A model generated the notes under the pieces. It did not search any database, had not been told where the DNA came from, and saw nothing but the letters and a program-made list of their open reading frames with translations. Position numbers and translations under genes: made by a program. Shown piece after piece: positions 36,022 through 44,691 of a stretch of 64,000 nt of DNA (position 1 is its first letter; the number at the start of each line of letters is the position of its first letter). Source of the stretch: an uncultured Eubacteriales bacterium (lineage in GTDB: Bacteria; Bacillota; Clostridia; Oscillospirales; Oscillospiraceae); NCBI GenBank assembly GCA_902475435.1, contig CABRZL010000001.1, forward strand, positions 19,817-83,816. The letters are read 5' to 3'.

Positions 36022-38033
36022 TGATTCTCGGCATCACCGGGCCTACCGGAAGCGGAAAAACCACGGCACTTCAGCGAATTGAGGCCAGGGGCGGTTGTAT
36101 TCTGGATCTGGATGCCGTGTATCATGGACTGTTGCAAAACAGCACATCTCTTCTCTCCGAGCTGAATGCACGATTTCCCGGCGTAATCCGGCACGGTGTA
36201 TTAGACCGGAAATCCCTGGGTAACATAGTCTTTGCTGACCCCGACGCATTGCAGGATCTCAACACCATTACCGGAAAATACATTTTAGAAGAAACCAACC
36301 GGCAGCTCCGCGAGGCGGAAGCCCACGGTGTTCCCATCGCCGCCATCGACGCCATCAATCTTCTGGAGGGAGAACTGGTTCAGCGGTGCCGTTATACCAT
36401 CGCCATTATTGCACCGGTGGAAACCAGGGTACACCGGCTCATGGCCAGAGACCATATTTCCGAAGATTACGCCCGGCTCCGTATCTCCGCCCAGCCCCCA
36501 AATGAATACTATTCCAGCCGATGCGACTTCACGCTGTTAAATGACGATGCCACTCCGGAGGAATTTTCCCGTCAGTGCGATCGGCTACTTGATACAATTT
36601 TAAAGGAAAGAAAGGATGGTTCATCAATGTCTGAATCCAAATATGAAGCCCAGCGAAAAGCTCTGCTCTATAAGCCGAAAAACGGCTATAACGTAATTTC
36701 TGAATCCGACAAGTCCGCAATGGAATCCTATGCTCAGCGTTATATCGCTTTTCTGAACGCCGCAAAAACGGAACGAGAGGCCGTAAAAGAGGCCATCCGC
36801 CAGGCAGAAGCCAAAGGATTTCATCCTTATACACCCGGCATGGAGCTGGTTCCCGGCACTAAAGTCTATCAGACTATCTGTGATAAAGCCATCAATCTCG
36901 CTGTCATTGGGAAAAAGCCACTCTCCGAAGGCACCCGCATTTCCGCCGCTCACATTGATAATCCACGACTGGATCTCAAGCCGAATCCTCTCTACGAAGA
37001 AGATCAGATGGCCTTTTTCCAGACCCATTACTATGGAGGCATCAAAAAATACCAGTGGACTACCGTTCCCATGGCGCTCCACGGCGTTGTCGTGAAGCAA
37101 GACGGAACTTTGGTAGATATCTGCATTGGCGAAAAGGACGAAGATCCAGTTTTCATTGTCACAGATCTGCTGGTTCATCTGGCAGAAACCCAGATGAAAA
37201 AAACACTGGCCACCGGTGTTTCCGGAGAGAATCTCAACGTGCTGGTCGGTTCTGTTCCCCTGCCTGAAGACGAGGGCAGCGATAGTGTGAAATTGGCAAT
37301 ACTGCTGTTTTTACAAGAAACTTATGGAATTACCGAAGAAGATTTCTTATCCGCAGAACTCATCATGGTCCCCGCCTCCAAGGCAAGAGAGCTGGGCTTT
37401 GACCGCAGCATGATCGCCGCCTATGGCCACGACGATCGGAGCTGCGCCTTTGCCGCCTTAGACGCGCTGCTCTCTTTGGATGAAATCCCCAAATACACTG
37501 CCGTGTGCTGCTTAGCCGATAAAGAGGAAATTGGTTCTATGGGCATTTCCGGTATGGAATCCCAAGCCTTTGAATATTTTATGGACTGCCTCTGCGACGG
37601 ACAAAATGTTAAACTCCGGGAATGCTTCAAAAATTCCCAGTGCCTTTCCGCCGATGTAACCAACGCTTTCGACCCCACTTATCCAGACGTATGTGACAAA
37701 GCCAACAACGCCCATCTCAACTGCGGCGTATGCTTTATGAAATACACCGGTTCCCGCGGCAAATCCGGTTCTTCTGACGCTCCAGCAGAATTTGTTGCCA
37801 AGATTCGCCGCCTGTGCAAAACCGGAAACGTGGTATGGCAAATGGGCGAACTTGGCAAGGTAGATGCCGGCGGCGGCGGTACTGTGGCGCAGTATATGGC
37901 CAACCGAAATATCCTGACCCTGGACACTGGCGTCCCTGTGCTCTCCATGCACGCTCCCATTGAAGTGGTTTCCAAGCTGGACTGCTATATGACGCAGAAG
38001 GCTATGAAGGTTTTCTACCAGGACAAAGAATAA
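36018..38033 (+). CDS. coaE: Dephospho-CoA kinase (residues ~1-203) fused in frame to M18-family aminopeptidase (ATG 36627 onward)
   Basis: ATG 36018 overlaps the tsaC stop (ATGA) and has an AAAGGAG RBS. The CoaE P-loop is ILGITGPTGSGKTT. No stop codon precedes the M18 part (MSESKYEAQRKALLYKPKNGY...), which keeps its own GAAAGGATGG RBS-like site. Confidence 0.8.
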   Translation: MMILGITGPTGSGKTTALQRIEARGGCILDLDAVYHGLLQNSTSLLSELNARFPGVIRHGVLDRKSLGNIVFADPDALQDLNTITGKYILEETNRQLREAEAHGVPIAAIDAINLLEGELVQRCRYTIAIIAPVETRVHRLMARDHISEDYARLRISAQPPNEYYSSRCDFTLLNDDATPEEFSRQCDRLLDTILKERKDGSSMSESKYEAQRKALLYKPKNGYNVISESDKSAMESYAQRYIAFLNAAKTEREAVKEAIRQAEAKGFHPYTPGMELVPGTKVYQTICDKAINLAVIGKKPLSEGTRISAAHIDNPRLDLKPNPLYEEDQMAFFQTHYYGGIKKYQWTTVPMALHGVVVKQDGTLVDICIGEKDEDPVFIVTDLLVHLAETQMKKTLATGVSGENLNVLVGSVPLPEDEGSDSVKLAILLFLQETYGITEEDFLSAELIMVPASKARELGFDRSMIAAYGHDDRSCAFAALDALLSLDEIPKYTAVCCLADKEEIGSMGISGMESQAFEYFMDCLCDGQNVKLRECFKNSQCLSADVTNAFDPTYPDVCDKANNAHLNCGVCFMKYTGSRGKSGSSDAPAEFVAKIRRLCKTGNVVWQMGELGKVDAGGGGTVAQYMANRNILTLDTGVPVLSMHAPIEVVSKLDCYMTQKAMKVFYQDKE

Positions 38034-38038
38034 ATGGT

Positions 38039-38075
38039 ACAGGCGATGAGGAAATTTCCTCACCGCCTGTTTTTC
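38039..38075 (+). terminator. Terminator after coaE-M18 ORF
   Basis: ACAGGCGATGAGG-aaattt-CCTCACCGCCTGT followed by TTTT. Confidence 0.75.
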
Positions 38076-38145
38076 CCTTGACATGAAATTCCCGCCCCAC
38101 CAATACTGTCATCAAATAGAATGCCTTGAAAAGGCAAAACCGGAT

Positions 38146-38889
38146 TCATGCAACAATAAATAGGAGCATTTTTCTCATATACAGTTTTCTTTCACTTTTT
38201 GAAAAAAGCTTCCAACTGTGCAATTCATTCGTGTCCTTCCGGATATTCTTCCGGAGCGCGTCCCTCAGCCATTTCTGCTGTTGGAAGCTGAGCCGTTCCA
38301 GTACCACTTGAAAGTCATGCCGATAATTGTTCACCATTTCCATATACTTCGGCCTTTGCAGCAAGCGGATAAAGGTGGATTTATAGAGCAAAACCATCTC
38401 CCGAGCCAAATAAGGAATTCCACTATCGTTATAACAGATATACGATTTCAACGTAATTCCCGGATTTCTTTTATACAAAAACTCCCCGTCCTTCTCCTGG
38501 TTGAACAGCACCTCTATATAATCTAAAACATCCTGGTTTTCTCGCTCTGTTGTAATACTATAATAGTTCTCATATTGATTTGAAATCAGATAACTGTCCA
38601 TTGTAGGATGAAGGCACCACAGATTATCCTCTACTCTCATGTCCTCCTCGAAAGAAGTAATTTCCCGAAGTAATCCATGATCTGGTTCAAATATACGCCA
38701 ACCTCTATCTAAAAACTCTCCAATAATCTGTTCCCGATTCTCCCAAAAAACTGCTACATCAACATCTTTATGCGGTCTCGTCTGTTCTCCTATAAACAGA
38801 TCAATCGCAGTTCCTCCACATACCATCCAAGGGATCCTCATACTATCCATCCATTTTTTCAGTGCAAATAACATATACATCCTCTGCAT
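38146..38889 (-). CDS. Pol-beta-fold nucleotidyltransferase, ANT(2'')/Lnu(A)-like
   Basis: 247-aa ORF. IPWMVCGGTAIDLFIGEQTRPHKDVDVAVF matches the GG..D...G...R.H.D(I/V)D motif of small antibiotic nucleotidyltransferases. The gene is visibly more AT-rich than its flanks. Confidence 0.65.
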   Translation of the reverse strand: MQRMYMLFALKKWMDSMRIPWMVCGGTAIDLFIGEQTRPHKDVDVAVFWENREQIIGEFLDRGWRIFEPDHGLLREITSFEEDMRVEDNLWCLHPTMDSYLISNQYENYYSITTERENQDVLDYIEVLFNQEKDGEFLYKRNPGITLKSYICYNDSGIPYLAREMVLLYKSTFIRLLQRPKYMEMVNNYRHDFQVVLERLSFQQQKWLRDALRKNIRKDTNELHSWKLFSKSERKLYMRKMLLFIVA

Positions 38890-38945
38890 CCATCGACGGA
38901 AACCATGCCGGTTTGATGATCAACCGGCATGGTTTGAATTCTTTT

Positions 38946-39362
38946 TTACCCCTTTGAAGGCATTCCCGGCCCCCCGACCGGCGGGCCACCCGGTCCGCCC
39001 GGAGGAGGCGGCATTCCCGGGCCGCCAGGGCCACCTGGAGGCGGCCCTCCTGCAGGCATCGGCGGTGCCTCTACTGGCCGGGATTCGGTGGAAAATTCCA
39101 CCACGACTCCCTCCATGCCGCCTTTAAACACCATTTTACCCTCCACATTGCCGTTTTCATCAATAGTACCTTCATAACAGCGGATCAGACCGCCCTGTTC
39201 AATCCGAAATGAAAATGCTCCATCCTTCACCTGGGCCGGCTCCAAAAAAGGTACCGTCGCCCATTGCCCAGGTGCAATATCCACCCGCGCCGTCTGGGCC
39301 TCAAAATCAATCGTTGTCTCCCGTTCTGCGCCCGGGGTATGTTCATAGACCATATATGCCAT
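38946..39362 (-). CDS. Hypothetical protein with Gly/Pro/Met-rich C-terminal tail
   Basis: 138-aa ORF with its own TTGCGA-17-TATAAT promoter upstream (minus strand). The globular N-terminal ~95 aa matches no recognised family. The tail reads PPMPAGGPPPGGPGGPGMPPPPGGPGGPPVGGPGMPSKG. Confidence 0.6.
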   Translation of the reverse strand: MAYMVYEHTPGAERETTIDFEAQTARVDIAPGQWATVPFLEPAQVKDGAFSFRIEQGGLIRCYEGTIDENGNVEGKMVFKGGMEGVVVEFSTESRPVEAPPMPAGGPPPGGPGGPGMPPPPGGPGGPPVGGPGMPSKG

Positions 39363-39458
39363 AAAATCACTTCTTTCCAGAAAATATGGGCAGAGACAAA
39401 CGCCTCCGCCCGTCTATGATATTATAGCTTTTTCCGAAAACCATCGCAAGAAAAACCG

Positions 39459-40607
39459 TTATCGAGACATAAATGCAACAATTTCGTCCCATTTGGCGCT
39501 GACGGACCCCTGCACAAACCCAGGCTTTCCGCCGCCGCGTCCCCCCAGCGCACGATTCAGCTCCTTGACCCATTCCCGGAGATCTCCGCCGGGCAATCCT
39601 ACCGCATATTTATAGCCGTTGACCTCATCCCCGGAGAAAACCGCTGCACGTCCTCCGCAAGTCTCCTGAATCGCAATGGCCGCCCGACGCACCCCATCCG
39701 GGGCAAGACCTTCCAGTTTCAGGCACACGTCTCCATGCCCCTTGAGCTCCTGAGCTTTTGCTGCAAATTGCGCATTTTCCATGGCAAAAACCTGTTGTTT
39801 TTTCGTCTCCAGCTCCGCCGCCATATTCTGTACCGCTTTCGCCGTCTCCTTGACTTTGGCAGAAAGCAACTGAGATACCCGGCGGTTCTGCGCCACTATA
39901 TCATTGATATAAGAATAGGCCCGTCCACCGCACAACATTTCTACTCGCACACCGCCGTGAAACTTCTCCGTGCTCAATAGCTTTACCAGTCCGATTTCAC
40001 CAGTCCGCTGGACATGGGTACCACAGCAGGCGCAAACATCCGCTCCCGGTATCTCCACAATGCGTACGCGGCCCGTCAGCTCCTTTTTACTGCGATAGGG
40101 CATTTCCTTCAACGCCTCCGGCGACGGGTACCAGCACTTCACAGGCGAATCCATCCAAACCCGCTGATTGACCTCCCGCTCCACTTCCTGGAGCTGCTGT
40201 TCCGTCAACTCTCCGGAAAAATCAATGGTAATCATATCTGTTCCCATATGGAAGCCCACATTATCATAGCCATAGATTCGATGCACAACGCCGGAGACCA
40301 TATGTTCCCCAGAGTGCTGCTGCATCAGATCAAAACGCCGGTCCCAGTCAATCTCCCCGGAAACCTCCGTTCCAACCTCCATGGGTGTATCCACATAGTG
40401 CAGCACCTGTCCATCCTTTTCATGGGTATCCGTGACATGAATGCCATTCAAGGTTCCCGTATCTCCGGGCTGCCCACCACCCTCTGGGTAAAAGCAGGTT
40501 CGATCTAAGACCACGGCCCATCCATTTTTTCTTGGATAGCAGTCGACCACAGTTGCAGTAAATGTTTTTAAATAGGTATCCTCATAAAATAGCTTTTCCG
40601 TTTCCAT
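39459..40607 (-). CDS. alaX: Alanyl-tRNA editing protein AlaX-L (AlaRS editing + DHHA1-like domains)
   Basis: Starts at METEKLFYEDTYLK (GGAGG RBS). Contains TCFYPEGGGQPGDTG, HSGEHM, CCGTHV. Confidence 0.88.
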   Translation of the reverse strand: METEKLFYEDTYLKTFTATVVDCYPRKNGWAVVLDRTCFYPEGGGQPGDTGTLNGIHVTDTHEKDGQVLHYVDTPMEVGTEVSGEIDWDRRFDLMQQHSGEHMVSGVVHRIYGYDNVGFHMGTDMITIDFSGELTEQQLQEVEREVNQRVWMDSPVKCWYPSPEALKEMPYRSKKELTGRVRIVEIPGADVCACCGTHVQRTGEIGLVKLLSTEKFHGGVRVEMLCGGRAYSYINDIVAQNRRVSQLLSAKVKETAKAVQNMAAELETKKQQVFAMENAQFAAKAQELKGHGDVCLKLEGLAPDGVRRAAIAIQETCGGRAAVFSGDEVNGYKYAVGLPGGDLREWVKELNRALGGRGGGKPGFVQGSVSAKWDEIVAFMSR

Positions 40608-40668
40608 ATATGCCTCCAAATGGATTTTCTATATCACACGGCCCCACAGGACCAGTATGGAATCCGCA

Positions 40669-41187
40669 TCAGGAAACCTGACGTCCAAAATGATAATTCA
40701 CCACATGGGCGCGATTTTCCTGCCGTGGGGATCCAGTCTGCGGCGAAATGTCCGGTTTTGGCATTTGCGCCGGCTGCCTCTCCTGCTCCAAAATGTCAAT
40801 AAACAAGTCCTTATCATAGCTGCGGTCTAACTCTTCCTGAAGAATGCCAATCAGGATCTTTAACGTTCCTCGGTTACAGGCGCTGCTGTAGCGCTCCTCC
40901 GCCCGATGGACAAACTTTGGGAGCGATGTCTTTCCCGCTCGAATCGCCTCTACCACATCGTTCGGACAACGCAGATACAGATAAAACCCATGGCCGCCTG
41001 TTAAATACTCTTCCAACGCATAGAGCCGGTCAAGTTCTTGCTGATTCTCTACCTCCACCAGGGTATAGCGGTCGCATGCGGCACGGAACATTCGCTCCGC
41101 CTCTGCCATTTTCGCGCCTGGTTTCTGTCCGCTCCACTCCCGCAATAGCCCTGAGGCTTTTTCCTCAGATATGGTTTTGATTATCAT
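40669..41187 (-). CDS. Hypothetical protein
   Basis: The start is trimmed to MIIKTISEEKASG (AAAGGAG RBS 8 nt upstream). No family recognised. Confidence 0.6.
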   Translation of the reverse strand: MIIKTISEEKASGLLREWSGQKPGAKMAEAERMFRAACDRYTLVEVENQQELDRLYALEEYLTGGHGFYLYLRCPNDVVEAIRAGKTSLPKFVHRAEERYSSACNRGTLKILIGILQEELDRSYDKDLFIDILEQERQPAQMPKPDISPQTGSPRQENRAHVVNYHFGRQVS

Positions 41188-41464
41188 GGATTGTTCACTC
41201 CTTTTCCGCATTTGACAATGTTTTTCTATCATATTAAAATCCATGGAATTTCCACGGCACATGCTGCGGCAAGGACATTATTGGCCTTTTTATTATTTTA
41301 CTTTTTTCGACGCGAGAATGCAATGGGATTTCACAATATCACACAGAGATTTTGGTCTAATCCCCATACAATAGGTCAAAATCCTGCTCCTCCTTTGCAA
41401 TGGGATAGTTAATCAGAAGTCAATTTTCTTTTTTTACAAATTTTAAAAAATCATTCAAAAACTA

Positions 41465-41495
41465 TTGACAATTCCCTTAGGGTACATTTTATACT
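41465..41495 (+). promoter_or_regulatory. MerR-type promoter with 19-nt spacer
   Basis: TTGACA-19 nt (attcccttagggtacattt)-TATACT, 38 nt upstream of merR-family gene. Confidence 0.5.
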
Positions 41496-41533
41496 AGTAA
41501 TAGAAAGTCAGGATGAAAAGGAGGCTTATTATC

Positions 41534-42184
41534 ATGAAGATCAAGGATGTCAGTCAGCAAACCGGCCTCACCAAAAAGACCATTCGCTTTTACGAAGCGC
41601 AGGGACTTCTGTTTCCAGAAAAAATCTCTCAGAATGGAAGGGAATACCGTACCTATTCTGAAGAAAATGTCCAACAGCTCCTGAACATCGCTACACTCCG
41701 AAAAGCGCGTTTTTCCATTGATGAGATTCGGCGTATTCAGGAAAATCCCGAAGATATTCCTTCCATCTTTCAAGCTTATCGGGATCGTCTCCGGGAGGAA
41801 AAGCAAGATCTGGAGCACATTCTCTCCATTGCGGATTCCATTCCAGACGAAACCCTCACTTCCGCTGATGTGCTGATCACACAAATGAAGCCTTTGACCG
41901 ATCAATTGCCGTTGCCCCTTGTGGACATTCATCCTAAATTCCGTTATCTCGACGAACTGGAGGAGGCGTATACCATGAGAAAGAAAAAGATGCGTATGAC
42001 TGAACAAGAGAAAAAGCAGCATAAAATCGCGGCTCAGAATGCAGTTATGTATGCGGCATTCAGTTCCCAAAACAGTCCCTCAAACCAAATGGGTCTTGAC
42101 GGCAAAGGAGGCGGCTTTGATATCAGCAATGCCCAGAAAATTGCCGCCTATAATCTGTTGGTGAACAGCGACGACGAGGACTAA
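41534..42184 (+). CDS. MerR family transcriptional regulator
   Basis: Starts at MKIKDVSQQTGLTKKTIRFYEAQGLL (AAAGGAGG RBS), a MerR HTH signature. Confidence 0.88.
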   Translation: MKIKDVSQQTGLTKKTIRFYEAQGLLFPEKISQNGREYRTYSEENVQQLLNIATLRKARFSIDEIRRIQENPEDIPSIFQAYRDRLREEKQDLEHILSIADSIPDETLTSADVLITQMKPLTDQLPLPLVDIHPKFRYLDELEEAYTMRKKKMRMTEQEKKQHKIAAQNAVMYAAFSSQNSPSNQMGLDGKGGGFDISNAQKIAAYNLLVNSDDED

Positions 42185-42199
42185 CCTCTTATATTTTAC

Positions 42200-42241
42200 A
42201 AAAGACCAGCCCCGGACAAAAGCGTCCGGGGCTGGTCTTTT
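42200..42241. terminator. Bidirectional terminator between merR-family gene and rpoD
   Basis: AAAAGACCAGCCCCGGAC-aaaagc-GTCCGGGGCTGGTCTTTT. Confidence 0.85.
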
Positions 42242-42256
42242 GACTACAACAACATG

Positions 42257-43372
42257 TCAACAGTAAAAATCCTTAATTTTTTTCGCTCGACTTGGATGAC
42301 GCAGCTTTCGAATCGCTTTATTTTCAATTTGGCGAATCCGTTCCCGCGTAACGCCAAAGATTTGGCCCACTTCCTCCAAGGTATGGGTTCTGCCATCGAA
42401 CATGCCGAATCGCATCCGAAGCACATCCGCTTCCCGTTCTGTCAGCGTTTGCAGAATCTCATCCAACGCCTCCGCCAAAAGCGTATTGGACGTGGCATCG
42501 GCTGGTCCAGGCGTATTGTCATCCTCTACAAAGGAACCAATGGTGGTATCCTCTTCATCCCCCACCGGGGTGTCCAGGGACAGCGTATCGGCAGAGGTTC
42601 GGGTGGCCTCAATCACTTTTTCAATCGGAATGTGCAGATCTTCAGAGATCTCCTCCATGGTGGGTTCCCGGCCCAGCTCCTGCACCAGCTTCCGGTTACA
42701 GCGGGTGACCTTATTGATGACCTCCACCATATGTACCGGAACGCGAATGGTTCTGGCCTGATCGGCAATTGCTCGGGTAATCGCCTGGCGAATCCACCAA
42801 GTGGCATATGTTGAAAACTTGTTTCCCTTGGTATAATCGAATTTATCTACAGCACGGATTAACCCGGTGTTTCCCTCCTGAATTAAATCTAAAATATGAA
42901 GCCCTCGGCCGGAATATTTCTTTGCAATGGACACCACCAACCGCAGATTGGCTTCTGTAAGCTTGTCCTTTGCGTATTTATCGCCCTGAGCCACACGAGC
43001 TGCCAGCTCCTGCTCTTCTTCCGGCGTTAACAGGCGAATTTGTCCGATCTCTTTCAGGTACATTCGCACGGGATCATCCAGATTATACTCTGCCGCCAGT
43101 TCTACTGGATCGACCAGTTCCTCTTCCTCTTCTACTGGGGAGTCGTCCGCAGGATCCAGTTCCAGCTCTGCACCGACAATCTGAATGCCGAGGCTTTCAA
43201 TTGTGTCATAGATATGTTCAATCTGCTCAGCATCAATGTCCAATTTTTCTAAAACGCTGAGAATCTCAGAGGACTGTAATACACCGGCCTTTTGTCCTTT
43301 TGCCAAAAGCGTTAAAACCGGCGCCTTGGCCTCTTCACTTAATTTTGCTGTGGCATTATTTGCGCTTGCCAT
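42257..43372 (-). CDS. rpoD: RNA polymerase primary sigma factor (sigma-70/SigA)
   Basis: 371-aa ORF. Contains [42 protein letters not shown], and region 4 [14 protein letters not shown]. Confidence 0.96.
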   Translation of the reverse strand: MASANNATAKLSEEAKAPVLTLLAKGQKAGVLQSSEILSVLEKLDIDAEQIEHIYDTIESLGIQIVGAELELDPADDSPVEEEEELVDPVELAAEYNLDDPVRMYLKEIGQIRLLTPEEEQELAARVAQGDKYAKDKLTEANLRLVVSIAKKYSGRGLHILDLIQEGNTGLIRAVDKFDYTKGNKFSTYATWWIRQAITRAIADQARTIRVPVHMVEVINKVTRCNRKLVQELGREPTMEEISEDLHIPIEKVIEATRTSADTLSLDTPVGDEEDTTIGSFVEDDNTPGPADATSNTLLAEALDEILQTLTEREADVLRMRFGMFDGRTHTLEEVGQIFGVTRERIRQIENKAIRKLRHPSRAKKIKDFYC

Positions 43373-43605
43373 ATTGCACTTCCTTTGATATAAGAGAAGT
43401 CCTTCTTAATCAGCCAAAAATCGATATCGTCAAATACGGCGCAGTATGCTGATTTTAAGTCAGGCAACTGTTATAGTAACACATTTCCAGAAAAATTGCA
43501 AGTCTTTTTTTATTTTTCTGAAACTCTTGATTTCCTATGAATTCCTGCTATTCTGGATATAAAGCCGGTAGCATTGCCGAGCAGTTTAACACGAGGTGAT
43601 CACAT

Positions 43606-44463
43606 ATGATAATTGCAGTGGTAGGGATGGGTCTTATTGGCGGAAGCTTCTGCCGTGCATTGAAGCAATATACCTCCCACACCGTTTTAGGCTACACACG
43701 GAATCAAAAAACGGTTGCATTTGCCCGTTCGGTAGGGGCCATTGACCGACCGCTCACAGACCTCTCTGAACCAGACGTGGTTTTTGTCGCCCTGCCTCCG
43801 GAGGCTACCATGGAGTACCTTACAAGCCACGTTCAGGAATTTAAGCCCAATGCGATTGTCGCGGATATCTGCGGCGTCAAGCAGCCCATCATAGACGCGG
43901 CGGACCAGCTCTTCTACAACCATGGCATTCGTTATGTAGGCACGCACCCCATGGCCGGCAAAGAAGTGTCAGGCTTTGCAAACTCTGATGTGGATCTTTA
44001 TAAAAACGCCAGCTATATTATCACTCCAACACCATTGACAGATCCCGATGCAGTGGAAACCCTGAAGTCTTTGGCTTCCGCCATTGGGTTCACTCGCATT
44101 GAAATTACAGATCCAGCGCGCCATGATACCATTATCTCTTATACCTCTCAATTAGCTCATGTGGTATCCTCCGCCTACATTAAAAGCCCTACCTCCGCTA
44201 TGACCCTCGGATTCACCGCCGGGAGCTTTCAGGATATGACGCGTGTGGCCAAGCTGGATCCTGATATGTGGACCAGTTTGTTCGCCTTAAATCGTGGACC
44301 CCTGCTGAAGGAAATTGACACATTGATCTTAAATCTCAAGGTTTTTCGGGACGCTCTGGCCGATCATGATCTGCCGAAAGTCCATGATCTATTGCAGCAA
44401 GGCCGGCAACTGCGGGAAGAAATTTTGCTGCGGCAACATCAGCAGCACACTGGCAGCGACTAA
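43606..44463 (+). CDS. tyrA: Prephenate dehydrogenase
   Basis: 285-aa ORF. Contains MIIAVVGMGLIGGSF, GTHPMAGKE, SHLPH-like SQLAHVV. Confidence 0.88.
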   Translation: MIIAVVGMGLIGGSFCRALKQYTSHTVLGYTRNQKTVAFARSVGAIDRPLTDLSEPDVVFVALPPEATMEYLTSHVQEFKPNAIVADICGVKQPIIDAADQLFYNHGIRYVGTHPMAGKEVSGFANSDVDLYKNASYIITPTPLTDPDAVETLKSLASAIGFTRIEITDPARHDTIISYTSQLAHVVSSAYIKSPTSAMTLGFTAGSFQDMTRVAKLDPDMWTSLFALNRGPLLKEIDTLILNLKVFRDALADHDLPKVHDLLQQGRQLREEILLRQHQQHTGSD

Positions 44464-44614
44464 TCCGTTTCCGTATCTGTCCCTTTTCGTCCTACATGAT
44501 GAAACTAAAAAACTACCATTTATTACTTTTTACACAGTGCAAACCGCACAATTTGTAGTTTTTTAAACATTTCACAAGTTCAAACATCTTGTTTTGTCTG
44601 TTTGTGCGGTAATA

Positions 44615-44643
44615 TTGACAGAAGTTATTTCATTTTGTATAGT
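44615..44643 (+). promoter_or_regulatory. Promoter of SBP gene
   Basis: TTGACA-17 nt-TATAGT, followed by the palindrome CTGGTA-tat-TACCAG (44651-44665). Confidence 0.6.
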
Positions 44644-44691
44644 ATTGCCACTGGTATATTACCAGGATATTAAGGAAATGAGGTAACCCAC

